A stretch of 63,909 nucleotides of DNA, counting the filler, from Octopus bimaculoides (taxonomy: Eukaryota), in NCBI RefSeq assembly GCF_001194135.2. It is 7 parts of 7 records of this genome, joined end to end, with 100 filler letters (N's around TTAATTAATTAA, not from the genome) between each part and the next. Parts side by side here need not be neighbours in the genome. Positions count along the whole stretch, not along the records: positions 1 to 14,896 come from NC_069000.1; 6 more parts are not named here. One strand, written 5' to 3'. Made by a program: the position numbers and the translations under genes. The notes under the pieces are model-generated. The model did no database searches and was not told where the DNA came from. It saw only the letters and a list, made by a program, of their open reading frames with translations. Below, piece after piece: positions 1-12,735 of the stretch (positions are counted from its first letter, which is position 1; each line of letters starts with the position of its first letter).

Positions 1-337
1 TATATATGTATGTATGTATGTATGTATATGTATATGTAATCATGTACAATTGTATATATATATGTAACTTCGTCATTAAGGGAGGACTCCACGTCTGACC
101 GCCTTCCGTGTCCCTGCCAGCCGAAGGGGTGGGTGTGAGTTTTTTGGTGTAATTTGGAGCCTTCCATTGTTGGGGTTGCCATTTCAACATGATATTCTGT
201 TTGGTATAAAAAAAGAGATCGAGAAAATTGCTCGGATGCGTTTGTTACATTTGAAATGCTCTGTATTTAATGAAAACCGATATTAAGTTTTGCTCCTGGC
301 TGGTTGATTTCTCCGGTCATAGTGTGTATAGTATAGA

Positions 338-404
<67 letters not shown>

Positions 405-1148
405 TCAGAAAGACAGAGAGAGATAAAGAGAGGCAGAGAAAGATAGTTAAGAGATTTTAATTCTAGGCTTCATAAGGGAATGAACGTTAGAGACGCAGAG
501 TAAGAGGAAAGGAAGAGGAAGTGTGTGAAGGTGAGTGTATGTGTGTTAAATTTCAGATAAAATCAACAAGCAACATAATTATGTTACCATTCTTTTTTTC
601 CCCTTTTCAATATTGTTTTATTTCATTTTACTTCAAGATAATAAATATTTTCCTTTGAAAATTAGTATTCATTTCATCATTTTGTATATGCACCAAGAAT
701 ATTAAATTATAATTATTGTATGTATGCCATATTTCCATGTATGACCCATAATGGCGAATGTATACTTCGAATATTACCCGTCACATGATATATAGACTAG
801 TATTTAATAATGGATAGCTAGAATATAAACGTTTCGTAGTTAATAATGTTTTTTTTAGGCCAGATACCAGTTTGCAGCAGGTCGTAGTTTGGTAAATAAA
901 TGCAGAAACGTGCATTAGTATTAAACTGGGCGCTGTTTAAATCTATCCAACTGAAATGCGAAAGGTTCCACTTGTGTTTCGCCTACCGAATCATTTACCT
1001 TGGAATGCCACAGGGTATCTGGGGCAATAAGTTATTGCCCCTGCCCTGAAACAAACATTGGTTTGATATGGTTCAAAATTGTACCAAAACATAAAAAAAG
1101 AAGACAGAGAAGACAAACACACGTGAGGAAAAAACAAACAAGATGTAT

Positions 1149-1412
1149 TATGTCATCCCATAAATAATGCGGTTTTTAAACTTCTTTTATTTTCAAAATT
1201 ATGATAAACAAAGTTCTTTTTTAATCTAAAATATGCTATCCTTCATTCTCTACAATGATCTTCCATCTATTTGGTAGACTTGCAAGGCCTCTCTTCCAAA
1301 ATTCACTTCTCCCTGGCGAAAAATACTCCTCCAGTACTGTTCTGACCTCGTCTACAGAATTCATATATTTTCAGTCGAAATTATTTTGAAGGCTGCGGAA
1401 CAAATGATAATT
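1149..1412 (-). mobile_element. Mariner transposon 3' fragment (transposase C-terminus plus one TIR)
   Basis: Minus frame reads NYHLFRSLQNNFD*KYMNSVDEVRTVLEEYFSPGRSEFWKRGLASLPNRWKIIVENEG*HILD*, the typical mariner C-terminus (YHLFRSL...F...GI..LP.RW). It is followed by TIR-like TA|TGTCATCCCATAAATAATGCGGTTTT at 1149-1176. Confidence 0.85.
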
Positions 1413-1425
1413 AGTGATGGTGGTG

Positions 1426-1437
1426 GTGGTGGTGGTG

Positions 1438-1478
<41 letters not shown>

Positions 1479-1687
1479 CGTAGTAATAGTAGTAGTAGTA
1501 GTCGTAGTAGTCGTAGTCGTTGTCGTTTGGAAGTAGAACAAATGACATTTGCAATGGGTGACATCTAGTTGATTGTATATATGACATTTGCCATGTTAGA
1601 ACTTCAAGAATAAGCTTCATTAAATCAAAATTGAGAATATAAGACTTTCAGATGTCAAATAACATAGATAGATATAAGTACGAACGC

Positions 1688-1750
<63 letters not shown>

Positions 1751-1766
1751 CACGCGCACACACACT

Positions 1767-1820
<54 letters not shown>

Positions 1821-1882
1821 CAGATAGATAGAGAGATAGATAGATAGAGAGACAGATATAGATAGATAGATAGAGAGAGAGA

Positions 1883-1930
<48 letters not shown>
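1426..1930. repeat. Compound microsatellites (GGT)n/(AGT)n, (CA)n, (GATA)n, (GA)n
   Basis: Directly visible simple repeats; they produce the low-complexity ORFs in the track. Confidence 0.95.
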
Positions 1931-1933
<3 letters not shown>

Positions 1934-2959
1934 AGGAGTACTAAGTATGAAGTACAACTGCTTCTCATCGCAGAAACACAATAATGGTTTATGCCCTTGA
2001 TTTCTTAAATTCTTGTCATCATGTTGTACTCGACTAACGCTTTGTTCTGAAGCATTTTATATTGACTTCTATACAACATTATCCGTATCCGAATGCCGAA
2101 GCTATATATGATATATATATATATATATATANNNNNNNNNNNNNNNNNNNNNNNNNNNNNNNNNNNNNNNNNNNNNNNNNNNNNNNNNNNNNNNNNNNNN
2201 NNNNNNNNNNNNNNNNNNNNNNNNNNNNNNNNNNNNNNNNNNNNNNNNNNNNNNNNNNNNNNNNNNNNNNNNNNNNNNNNNNNNNNNNNNNNNNNNNNNN
2301 NNNNNNNNNNNNNNNNNNNNNNNNNNNNNNNNNNNNNNNNNNNNNNNNNNNNNNNNNNNNNNNNNNNNNNNNNNNNNNNNNNNNNNNNNNNNNNNNNNNN
2401 NNNNNNNNNNNNNNNNNNNNNNNNNNNNNNNNNNNNNNNNNNNNNNNNNNNNNNNNNNNNNNNNNNNNNNNNNNNNNNNNNNNNNNNNNNNNNNNNNNNN
2501 NNNNNNNNNNNNNNNNNNNNNNNNNNNNNNNNNNNNNNNNNNNNNNNNNNNNNNNNNNNNNNNNNNNNNNNNNNNNNNNNNNNNNNNNNNNNNNNNNNNN
2601 NNNNNNNNNNNNNNNNNNNNNNNNNNNNNNNNNNNNNNNNNNNNNNNNNNNNNNNNNNNNNNNNNNNNNNNNNNNNNNNNNNNNNNNNNNNNNNNNNNNN
2701 NNNNNNNNNNNNNNNNNNNNNNNNNNNNNNNNNNNNNNNNNNNNNNNNNNNNNNNNNNNNNNNNNNNNNNNNNNNNNNNNNNNNNNNNNNNNNNNNNGTA
2801 TGTATATATATATATGTATATACATATATATGTATGTATGTATATGTATATATATGTCTTATCTACCAATATATCAACATATATATATATATAAACATGT
2901 GTATATATATTTATATATAAGTAGATAGATATAGATATATCATTATACATATATATGTA

Positions 2960-3088
<129 letters not shown>

Positions 3089-3150
3089 CATACACACACA
3101 CAGACACACACAGACACACACACACACACATATATATACATATATATATA

Positions 3151-3433
3151 AACCGAAGCCTTTTGAGTGGATCTGGAAGACAGTAGCACGTCGTATATGT
3201 ACATATATGTGTGTATATGTTTGTGTGTCTGTGTTTGTCCCCCACCATCGCTTGATAACAACACCAGCGCCGATGTTGGTGTGTTTTCGTCCCTGTAATC
3301 TAGCGGTTCGGCAAAAGAGACCGATGGAATAAGTACTAGGCTTACAAAACAATAAGCCTCGGGGTAGGTTTGCTCGATTAAAGGCGTTGCTCCAGCATGG
3401 CCGCTGTCAAATGACTGAAACAAGTAAAAGAAT
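3151..3433 (+). mobile_element. SINE, 3' body (octopus-type tRNA-derived family with internal (TG)n/(TA)n tract)
   Basis: Shares GTCCCTGTAATCTAGCGGTTCGGCAAAAGAGACCGAT...AAGTACTAGG with copies at 12.7, 48.3 and 59.5 kb. Confidence 0.8.
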
Positions 3434-4141
3434 ATATATACATATAGACATATGTATTTATATATATAATTTTATACACATATACATATATATATATATA
3501 TTCACATATGTATGTCTATGTTTCTGTCTCTGTGTATGTGTGTGTTTGTGCATATGTGTACGTACTTCTACGCGTACGTATCTACATTTGTGTATTTGTA
3601 TACCAGAGTAACATATATTCGCCTTTCTACAATCTTCCATTTTTTCATTCTCAATATCCTCTCTGAGCGACACTCCGCTTTTATTTATTACTTTCTCGTT
3701 TCACTTGACACTAAGTAGTTAAATAGGGTTTGGCAGAATATTTGTGTGATTTATCAAGTCATTTACAAAATGACAGCCTCCTAAGAAGAAGATACTGAAA
3801 GCCTAGCTATCGAAATGTGGGATAAGATTTCACTTATCTTAGCGATTTCAAAGTTCGCCACGCTGGTATCAACTCTCGTTTTGAAAGATTTTTTTTTCTC
3901 TGATGAAAACCAGGGATGTCCTAGTTTCTGACAGCTCTCTCCTGTTTTTTCTAGAAACGTCGTTTTTGATGGATTTTTTCCCTTTATCGTTATCGTTATT
4001 ATTCGTAGTATTTTATAATTACTATCCTCCTCATCATTATTATAGATGCTCTTGTTGTTGTAGTTCCTCATGTTGTTGTTGTTGTTACTATAATAATAAT
4101 AATAATAATAATAATAGTATTATTATTATTATTATTATTAT

Positions 4142-4197
<56 letters not shown>

Positions 4198-5188
4198 ATC
4201 AAGGCGGCGAGCTGGCCTTACCTTACATAGATTACCTTATTTAGTATTTTATAAGTATGAACTTATGTGTTGTGGCTCAAAAAGGTGAGGAAAATTAATC
4301 GTCTTGATGTTTTTACGGTTTGAAGAAACGGACCTGCTGGCGCAAGAAACCATCGCGTAGCTTGATGTAATGCATCATGACATTATATCCATTTCAAACC
4401 AAAAACAGGATCCGAATGATTCCTACACCAGTTGACAAAGCTAAAGGCCATACAAAGGCTTTTTATGGATTGATGGAGGAAATAAAAATTTAAGAATTAA
4501 AATAAACCGCTCAAAGTGTTTCTGATTCTCTTAATTTCCGTCTAACCCATGACCTTCTTTTGTGACGCAGTTGATAAAAGATATGAGATAGAGGCGTGAA
4601 AACCGGAAATACGTGACAACGAAACAAATTTCTAAAGCATACAAACATGTCTCCATCAAATTTGCTTCCAATCGCTGTCTTTACTTCACGAGATTCCCAC
4701 GAGATTTTTCATGTTTCTTATCATTCATTTGAAAGTAGACGTGGGCGTCGTTCAGCATATGATATTATTAAAGTTAAAATACGACAAACTATTGTTGTAT
4801 TATTCATTATTTTTTCTCGTTTATTTTATATTTTGTTGATTCTCTTATCGTGTAAAACAGAAATTATTGTTACGCCGATAAATATAGATTTTTAGGTTTT
4901 CTTTCTAAACAAATATTGTTATTGGAAGAATAAAAATTAATATGAATACCGACTCAAAAATCTGACACGCACAAACAAAGACACCAACAGATGTTGCAAT
5001 ATGAGAGATGCTTCGAGGTCTTTCTCCGACTAGGAATAGTCACTAAATCTACGCTATATCGTATTCAGCTGTGTTTCGAAAGGAAGGATAATATTTACAA
5101 TAAATTGGTTATTGTCCTACAATATAAAAAAATATTGCAATCGTTTTATACAATTCTTAATCGTTTTATACAAGATTTTTTCATGCAG

Positions 5189-5285
5189 GGAATGACTATG
5201 GAGTTCCAGTAGAACAAATTAAGTATCAATGGGCAAAACAGCTCAGAATCACGGATATAGATACTGTTTATATTCAACGCTGGAA
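5189..5285 (+). CDS. Candidate internal exon of an unidentified gene (97 nt, phase 1 in / phase 2 out)
   Basis: Acceptor ttttttcatgcAG at 5187-5188, donor GTaatc at 5286. Frame xNDYGVPVEQIKYQWAKQLRITDIDTVYIQRWK closes with TAA immediately after the donor. No homology recognised. Confidence 0.3.
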
Positions 5286-5639
5286 GTAATCCCAAGTAGT
5301 TGTACTGCAAGTGCCGAAATTTTCTCTTTTATATTAGCTAACACTGTAAAGCAGAACCGAAGATACCATTCATTTTCCCCAACAGGTCAAAGGGCAATAA
5401 TTCCTTTCTTATAGGGATTAAAACATAGGTTTAAGCTATTCGATTATATAGCCCATCGATACACTATATTTTTTTTAAATCGAGGAAGAAAATAACCACA
5501 CACTTATTTTATTTAGACGCTATTTTTTCATAACAGTTCTTTTAACATGAGACGTGTGTGAAGTATGTATCAACTACGTGTTGAGACTACTTTGATGGAA
5601 ATCTTCATTTAAGACACTCTTATTGATTTGTATAAATTG

Positions 5640-5819
5640 TTTTTCAGTTTTCTTCCTCTTTCCCTTTTCTTCTCCTTTTTTTCGTTTCTTCTTCCTATTC
5701 TTCTATTTCCCTTCTTCTTTTTCTTTTTTCATATTTTCTACTTCTTTCTTTTCGTATTCTTATTCTCATCCTCCTCCTCGTTCTTTTTCCTCCTCGTCTT
5801 CTTCTTCTTCTTCTTCTTC

Positions 5820-5873
<54 letters not shown>

Positions 5874-5932
5874 CCCACCTCTTTCTTGTCATTCCTCCTC
5901 CTCTTCTTCATATTTTTCTTCTTCTCCTTCTA

Positions 5933-6011
<79 letters not shown>

Positions 6012-6012
6012 A
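5640..6012. repeat. Low-complexity (CTT)n/(ATT)n/(AGT)n tract
   Basis: Directly visible trinucleotide runs. Confidence 0.95.
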
Positions 6013-6290
6013 TGTTGTTGTTACTTTCGTCTTCTAAAAGTAAGGACAAGGGGAAAGAAGTAGCATACATCTTTCTTTCATGCCGTTATTGTGCGAGTGC
6101 GTACGTCTGGTGTCTAAGACTGTGCAAAAACACTGGGTCAGTAAGTTGATGTATGTTTAAACATAACCTACAGGATTAGAAGGAAAGAAAACAACGGAAT
6201 GTGTGACAAAAAATCAAAATAGAGAAAAAGAAAAAAAAACACACGAGAGCTGCTATAAACAATACATTAATGAATACACACACACACACA

Positions 6291-6356
<66 letters not shown>

Positions 6357-7167
6357 NNNNNNNNNNNNNNNNNNNNNNNNNNNNNNNNNNNNNNNNNNNN
6401 NNNNNNNNNNNNNNNNNNNNNNNNNNNNNNNNNNNNNNNNNNNNNNNNNNNNNNNNNNNNNNNNNNNNNNNNNNNNNNNNNNNNNNNNNNNNNNNNNNNN
6501 NNNNNNNNNNNNNNNNNNNNNNNNNNNNNNNNNNNNNNNNNNNNNNNNNNNNNNNNNNNNNNNNNNNNNNNNNNNNNNNNNNNNNNNNNNNNNNNNNNNN
6601 NNNNNNNNNNNNNNNNNNNNNNNNNNNNNNNNNNNNNNNNNNNNNNNNNNNNNNNNNNNNNNNNNNNNNNNNNNNNNNNNNNNNNNNNNNNNNNNNNNNN
6701 NNNNNNNNNNNNNNNNNNNNNNNNNNNNNNNNNNNNNNNNNNNNNNNNNNNNNNNNNNNNNNNNNNNNNNNNNNNNNNNNNNNNNNNNNNNNNNNNNNNN
6801 NNNNNNNNNNNNNNNNNNNNNNNNNNNNNNNNNNNNNNNNNNNNNNNNNNNNNNNNNNNNNNNNNNNNNNNNNNNNNNNNNNNNNNNNNNNNNNNNNNNN
6901 NNNNNNNNNNNNNNNNNNNNNNNNNNNNNNNNNNNNNNNNNNNNNNNNNNNNNNNNNNNNNNNNNNNNNNNNNNNNNNNNNNNNNNNNNNNNNNNNNNNN
7001 NNNNNNNNNNNNNNNNNNNNNNNNNNNNNNNNNNNNNNNNNNNNNNNNNNNNNNNNNNNNNNNNNNNNNNNNNNNNNNNNNNNNNNNNNNNNNNNNNNNN
7101 NNNNNNNNNNNNNNNNNNNNNNNNNNNNNNNNNNNNNNNNNNNNNNNNNNNNNNNNNNNNNNNNNNN

Positions 7168-7202
<35 letters not shown>

Positions 7203-7478
7203 GTGTGTGTGTTAATGTGTGTTTCTGCATGTGCATGGAAGTATGGTTGTATGTATATACATACACACATGTATACCTTTACACACAACCCGCCTACATA
7301 TGGAGAGAGGCACATAAACATGCATGTATCGACCTCTCCTTTTCTCTCTCGTTCTCTCTCTATCTATCTACTTGAATGCATACATGCACACTCAGGTCAT
7401 TTCATCATGTTCAGCCCTTAACGCCTACACAATTTTCTTCTCTCCGTTTCTTTTTCTGTTTCTGCCTCTGAATGCTTT

Positions 7479-7506
7479 CTGTCGAAGAGCTTAGGCTCGA
7501 AACGTC
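7479..7506 (+). mobile_element. Penelope-like terminal-repeat remnant with hammerhead-like core
   Basis: CTGTCGA-A-GAGC-ttag-GCTC-GAAAC-GTC; same motif on the minus strand at 11428-11455. Confidence 0.45.
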
Positions 7507-7612
7507 AAAACTGTTTCCGTCTTCTCAAGCGTTAAACTAATACATCTGCTTGTTGTGCCTTCATATGTTTTCGTCTTTTGTTTTCTGCAAATTCGAATTA
7601 TGCGTGTGTGTG

Positions 7613-7650
<38 letters not shown>

Positions 7651-7749
7651 TGTGTGTGTGTGTGTGTACGTGAGCAAATATTCAATAAGACTGATTATAT
7701 CCAATAGCACGGATATGTTCAAAGCCGAAGCCTTACACGAAATAATTAC

Positions 7750-7962
7750 CTAATCCTTGAGAAATATAATTTAGCCGATGATGATAACGGGACAATATTT
7801 TGGAACTGATCGTTGTCTGGAACGTCACCCTTTTCATATTTAATCCATTGCGTTTGGCTACACCCTAAATTCAAATTGCTTGTATCCATAACCATGAAGG
7901 AAACGTTAATTATATTGTCCGAGTTACCGTTAATAAGGATGCGGAGAGTTAATGTCATAAAT
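7750..7962 (-). CDS. Candidate exon (213 nt, phase 2/2) of an unidentified minus-strand gene
   Basis: Acceptor tttcaatacAG (7963-7965), donor AG|GTAATT (7748-7749). The open frame FMTLTLRILINGNSDNIINVSF...SSSAKLYFSRIR is bounded by stops just outside both splice sites. Confidence 0.4.
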
Positions 7963-8328
7963 CTGTATTGAAATCATAAAATTAAAGCCTGCATTCTCAA
8001 GTGAGTAGGTTCTCTTATGTGTTGCTACTATTAAGTTTTTCGACACACATATCGCAAAGAGAGTCACAATTCGGCCCCCTTTGACCTGGCTAAATGTAAG
8101 ATCTAGAATATGGCTGAGAGATAAAGAAAGAGGGATCTGCTTTAACATTCAGCTGATACTCAATTTCAACTCTATAGAGAGGAATTTTGTGAAAATAAAA
8201 TGCCTTGTCCAAGAACAAAACGTGACACTGTATTCTGAATTCGAACCACCGTTTTTATGATAGTGAACCTAACAATGTAACCGTTACTCCATTCCGTAGC
8301 GAACATTAGAAACGAATTAACTTCTCAC

Positions 8329-8455
8329 CTACTTCTGCATAGAACTATCTTCAAAAAATTATGTGGTAAAATATGTTTATGTTCTCGTAAACAATATTGA
8401 TTTAAGTACAAGCGTTGCATAACCTTTCTCCTCATTGTATCAGAAAATATTTTTC
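8329..8455 (-). CDS. Candidate exon (127 nt with this acceptor), phase-compatible with 7750-7962
   Basis: Donor AG|GTGAGA (8327-8328); acceptor cctttcAG (alternatives give exon starts at 8479 or 8568). Encodes KIFSDTMRRKVMQRLYLNQYCLREHKHILPHNFLKIVLCRS-R. Confidence 0.35.
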
Positions 8456-10176
8456 CTGAAAGGCCATAAATTCTACAGGCTGTTTTATAGAAATTAACAT
8501 AAAGAGAGGCTGTCGCTTCATGACAAACATTTAATGTCGCATTACTGATCACAATGCAAATATATTTACTTGTTGCAAACACAGGAAAAGCGAAAGGAAT
8601 CGCTAAATTTCACCGAAACACAATAAACCTTTAAGAGGAAATACCTATCAGGAAAAATATCACAATGTATTCACTGTTGATACATCCACAAATATTACTG
8701 CTACACCATCTAGAGGATTCACCCAACATTGAATTGCGCAACAGTAGATTAATTAGTTTCAATGTCGACGCATGTAGAACTGTGCAATTCATTCGACAGG
8801 AGATACAAGAGGAAATACTGGTATTGCATGAGATGAAATATACAGGTCACTAACATTTAGAAATATATCGCATATATTTTGACGACATCAAACATGACTT
8901 CATGTTAGACCTTGCTATGCATCAATCCTCAAACTGTTTTCAAGTTGCTCATACAGGCTCAATATCATTCAATCAATCCATCCATACATCTTCTCCGCCC
9001 TTTATTCCTGGTAGGGTCACAGGGATAGAAAACTTTAGATACCTCAGCCACAGGGTCTTCTCAGAAGCAACTGACATTACTCTTTCAGTCTGTAATCCCC
9101 AGAGCGAGCACCGGAGACTTTCGTTCTTGGTCTACCTCTGGATCATATGCCGGTCGGTTCAGTGTGAATAATGCTAATAAATTTCAGTTCCAATCCTCTT
9201 GATGCACAACATATAGCAAAAACAAACACAAATTAAAGATACGTGTTTACAACACTCAAAAAACATTGGCCTTATTATAACCATATTATCCTTCATAATA
9301 TATCGACTGATTTCTGTTTCAGTCTTTTGGACGATTGATTTGATTTTAAAATCCCCGGCTTTCAAACAATTTTCCTGCACAAAATTCATCCTTATAATTT
9401 TGGCCGGTAGAGCGCTAATGTAGAAACAATTGCGCAAGCTGCCATGCTGTGTATATATTTATCAATGGAATCATATATATGTATGTATGCATGCTTGCAA
9501 GTATTTATGTATGCATATATATGTTTGTGTGTATTTGTGTATTTTTGTACGTAAGCAGTATCCATAGAAACTCTCTCTAAATTTAAGAATTCCACATGCA
9601 TTTAGAATCTGCCGTTTATTTTCAATAAACGTCCAAAATATATTTCCCCTCTCCTATTTTTCCGACACACCATTTCGCACGTACGAAGCAGTTTCTGATG
9701 AGCATGCGCTTCAGAAACCCCATTTTGTCAAGAAAATCGTTGTTTCATTGAAATCTATTCCTTTACATAAAAAAAAAAAATTATTTTAGAGATTACACCT
9801 TGCAAATGAAGTACACAATAGATAATATGGGAACGTACGGATGTATATGAAAAATTATTTTCTATATTTCATGTGTTTATTCTACATCTTTGTATTTATA
9901 TTTTCTTTAAAATGCAATCAAATCTTCCAGTGAATAGTGTTCATGTATCATCTTACGTTACCTTGTTTATATACATAAGATGAAATGGGCTTCCAACGTA
10001 AGTGGTAGCACATGGAAAACTTTTTGATGCATAAATACATATGCGTGTATGTATGTGTATGTCTGCGTGTGTGTATGCATGTATTTATTTGTATGTATAT
10101 GTAGTAGTACGTTAATAGATTCTTCTACGTGCATACATACATATCTATCTATCCGTATATAGATTGATAGATAGAC

Positions 10177-10218
<42 letters not shown>

Positions 10219-11142
10219 ACACAAATTCGTGTATAGGAGCATATATATATATATATATGTCCATACATACACATACAAAGAAAGCTATATATATATGAAT
10301 GTATCCATGTACATACATTTAGTGTATTTTGAGGTAAATCATTTTTTCCCCTCAAACCTTATATCATGGAACGTATATATATGCTTGCATGTTTGAACTT
10401 TTCTTCGTTCCTGTATTTGTGTGCGTGTTATTCACACACTTTATATATATTCACTGTTAAATAGATTTCCAGAAATTCGCAAAATGATTTCTATAACATC
10501 TAGTTAATTAAATCAAAATGTTTAATTTCAATAGCAAGACATGTATATAAATATAATTTTCTTTTTATTTGTTCTATTTATATAAAATAATTTCTTTCCC
10601 AAGAAAAGACTGTATTTCAAGAGATATATTAGATTTTACAAAATTTCATAGGTATTCAGGAAAGGAAGCTAAATATTTATTCTCACTTTATATATGTTTC
10701 TCAACTCACTGCATAACGTATGGAGACCCTTTCATATTAAATTTATTTTACATATTATATTCAATTTATAACCCTTGTTTCCTAATATATCACATCCATA
10801 TTACAGATTGTCACAAGTAGGGTCACCACAACTCATACGTTTTATGTGTATATTTACGTTGATAAAACTTAGTGGTGTGAACTGAGTAAAATATCTTTTG
10901 CTGACGAGGATTAGTTATGCTAGAACTTGTTCGATTCTATTCCTAGGTTTCATTGAAACAAAAACACATAATTTTTGTTATCTGAAATTTTTACACCGCA
11001 AAGTTACACAATTTGGATTAACTATCCTACTTTTATAGATGCTTTTAGATTCTAGCCGGATAATCCAGCCGACATTCTAAGTTACGCATGAAAAACAATT
11101 CCCTTCAATACGAAGATTTCTGATGCTCAGCGTCGTTTATGA

Positions 11143-11373
11143 TACGAGGGTGAGCCAAAAAGTAATGCCATTTTGTTTAGGACAGGTATAATTACCAACA
11201 CAGGAACATGTATCATACATCAACATGAAGTTGGGCCACATTGCTGTTGAGAGACACTGTGACTATGTTGAGAAGTAGGGATGTAATCCACAGAGGACCA
11301 GCTTCATTTTGATGTCTGATACATTCCAGTGCTGGTAATTATACCTGTCCTAAAAAAAGTGGCATTACTTTTT
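11143..11373 (+). mobile_element. Mariner-derived MITE
   Basis: Starts TA|CGAGGGTGAGCCAAAAAGTAATGCC. An ~80-bp imperfect inverted repeat (11156-11240 vs 11297-11373) encloses IAVERHCDYVEK*, the mariner transposase C-terminus. The outermost part of the right TIR is lost. Confidence 0.85.
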
Positions 11374-11427
11374 TCATTGAATGAAAAGTGTATTAATTCG
11401 ACGCTCAGGAAAAACGGAAGACACTCT

Positions 11428-11455
11428 TACGTTTCGAGCCGACGCTCTTCAACAG
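11428..11455 (-). mobile_element. Penelope-like terminal-repeat remnant with hammerhead-like core (second copy)
   Basis: Minus strand CTGTTGA-A-GAGC-gtcg-GCTC-GAAAC-GTA. Confidence 0.45.
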
Positions 11456-11517
11456 AAATGATTAAAAAGAAATAGAGAGAGAATGAAAAAAAGAACACTG
11501 AGTTCAGTGATCCAGCC

Positions 11518-11606
<89 letters not shown>

Positions 11607-12340
11607 TTATTTATATCTAAATCCAGCCATATGAATGCGCTCATTCTTTGTATCTGTGTGAATGTGATTGTGTGTGTATATATGTAATTCTTACATAAAA
11701 CGCAGCTCGTATAGTTGGAACGAGTATATAATTCTAAAGATTTTTCAGGAAGTTTATAGTCGTTTTAATCGAACATTTCCATTATTGGATGTCATTTTAT
11801 CGATCATAAATTGATTAAAACAAAACGTCTGCTATATTGAAATGTCAACACAATATGCAAATTTCCTGTGCCTGAGTGTTACCAAGCATTTATTCTGTCA
11901 AATTCAGCTTTCTGCTGCACAAATTTAACTAAAATTGGTATTTTGTCATGTTCAAGACAAATCAATTTATATCTCGTGTTATGTGAATATTTCAACACGA
12001 AATTTCTGATACCAAACTCAGAGAGCGTTTTGGAAAATACATGAAAGAACACCATACATTTGTGAATAAATGTAAGTGGGAAAATAATGCAATTTCAAAC
12101 GTGTCGAAGTAATGTCTGTTAAAATTGTCTTCGAAAAGAAACAGCGAAGGTGAGGAATAAAAACTGGTTACCTGAGTCAATGATGGAAAATGTTCGGGGT
12201 CGCTTTACGTGCAGAAAATATCAAACATATCAACATCCAATCATACTGTATCCTTTCTTAACGTGGATTGATTTCAGTGATGCAGGCTGTGGTGCCATAT
12301 TACGTGAAGTGTTTTTTTATGATGCATATATACTCAATTA

Positions 12341-12487
12341 CTGTGTGGTAGTAGCATGCTTACCAACCACATGGTTCCGGGTTCAGTCCCATTGCGTAGT
12401 ACCTTAGGCAGGCGTCTCCTACTATAGTCTCAGGGTACCCAAAGCCTTGTGAGTGGATACGGTAAATGGAATCTGAAAGAAGCCTGT

Positions 12488-12518
<31 letters not shown>

Positions 12519-12562
12519 NNNNNNNNNNNNNNNNNNNNNNNNNNNNNNNNNNNNNNNNNNNN

Positions 12563-12638
<76 letters not shown>

Positions 12639-12735
12639 TTAGGTGTTTGTGTTTGTGTCCCCCCCCCCCAACACAGCTTGACAACCGATGCTGGTGTGTT
12701 TACGTCCCCTTAGCTTAGCGATTCGGCAAAAGAAA
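12341..12735 (+). mobile_element. tRNA-derived SINE with internal microsatellite and gap
   Basis: Head TGTGTGGTAGTAG...GGTTCCGGGTTCAGTCCC (A/B-box-like); body shared with 3151-3433 and 47950-48525. Confidence 0.8.

Noticed and set aside
5370-5406. RNYCPLTCWGK* on the minus strand as an ShK-domain end
   Set aside because: Lacks the final Cys and any upstream ShK exon; probably chance.
8880-9400. Possible very old RTE LINE 3' end on the minus strand (KVFY...RNKGRRRCMDGLIE*)
   Set aside because: Resemblance is limited to a few residues amid many stops; not supportable without a profile search.
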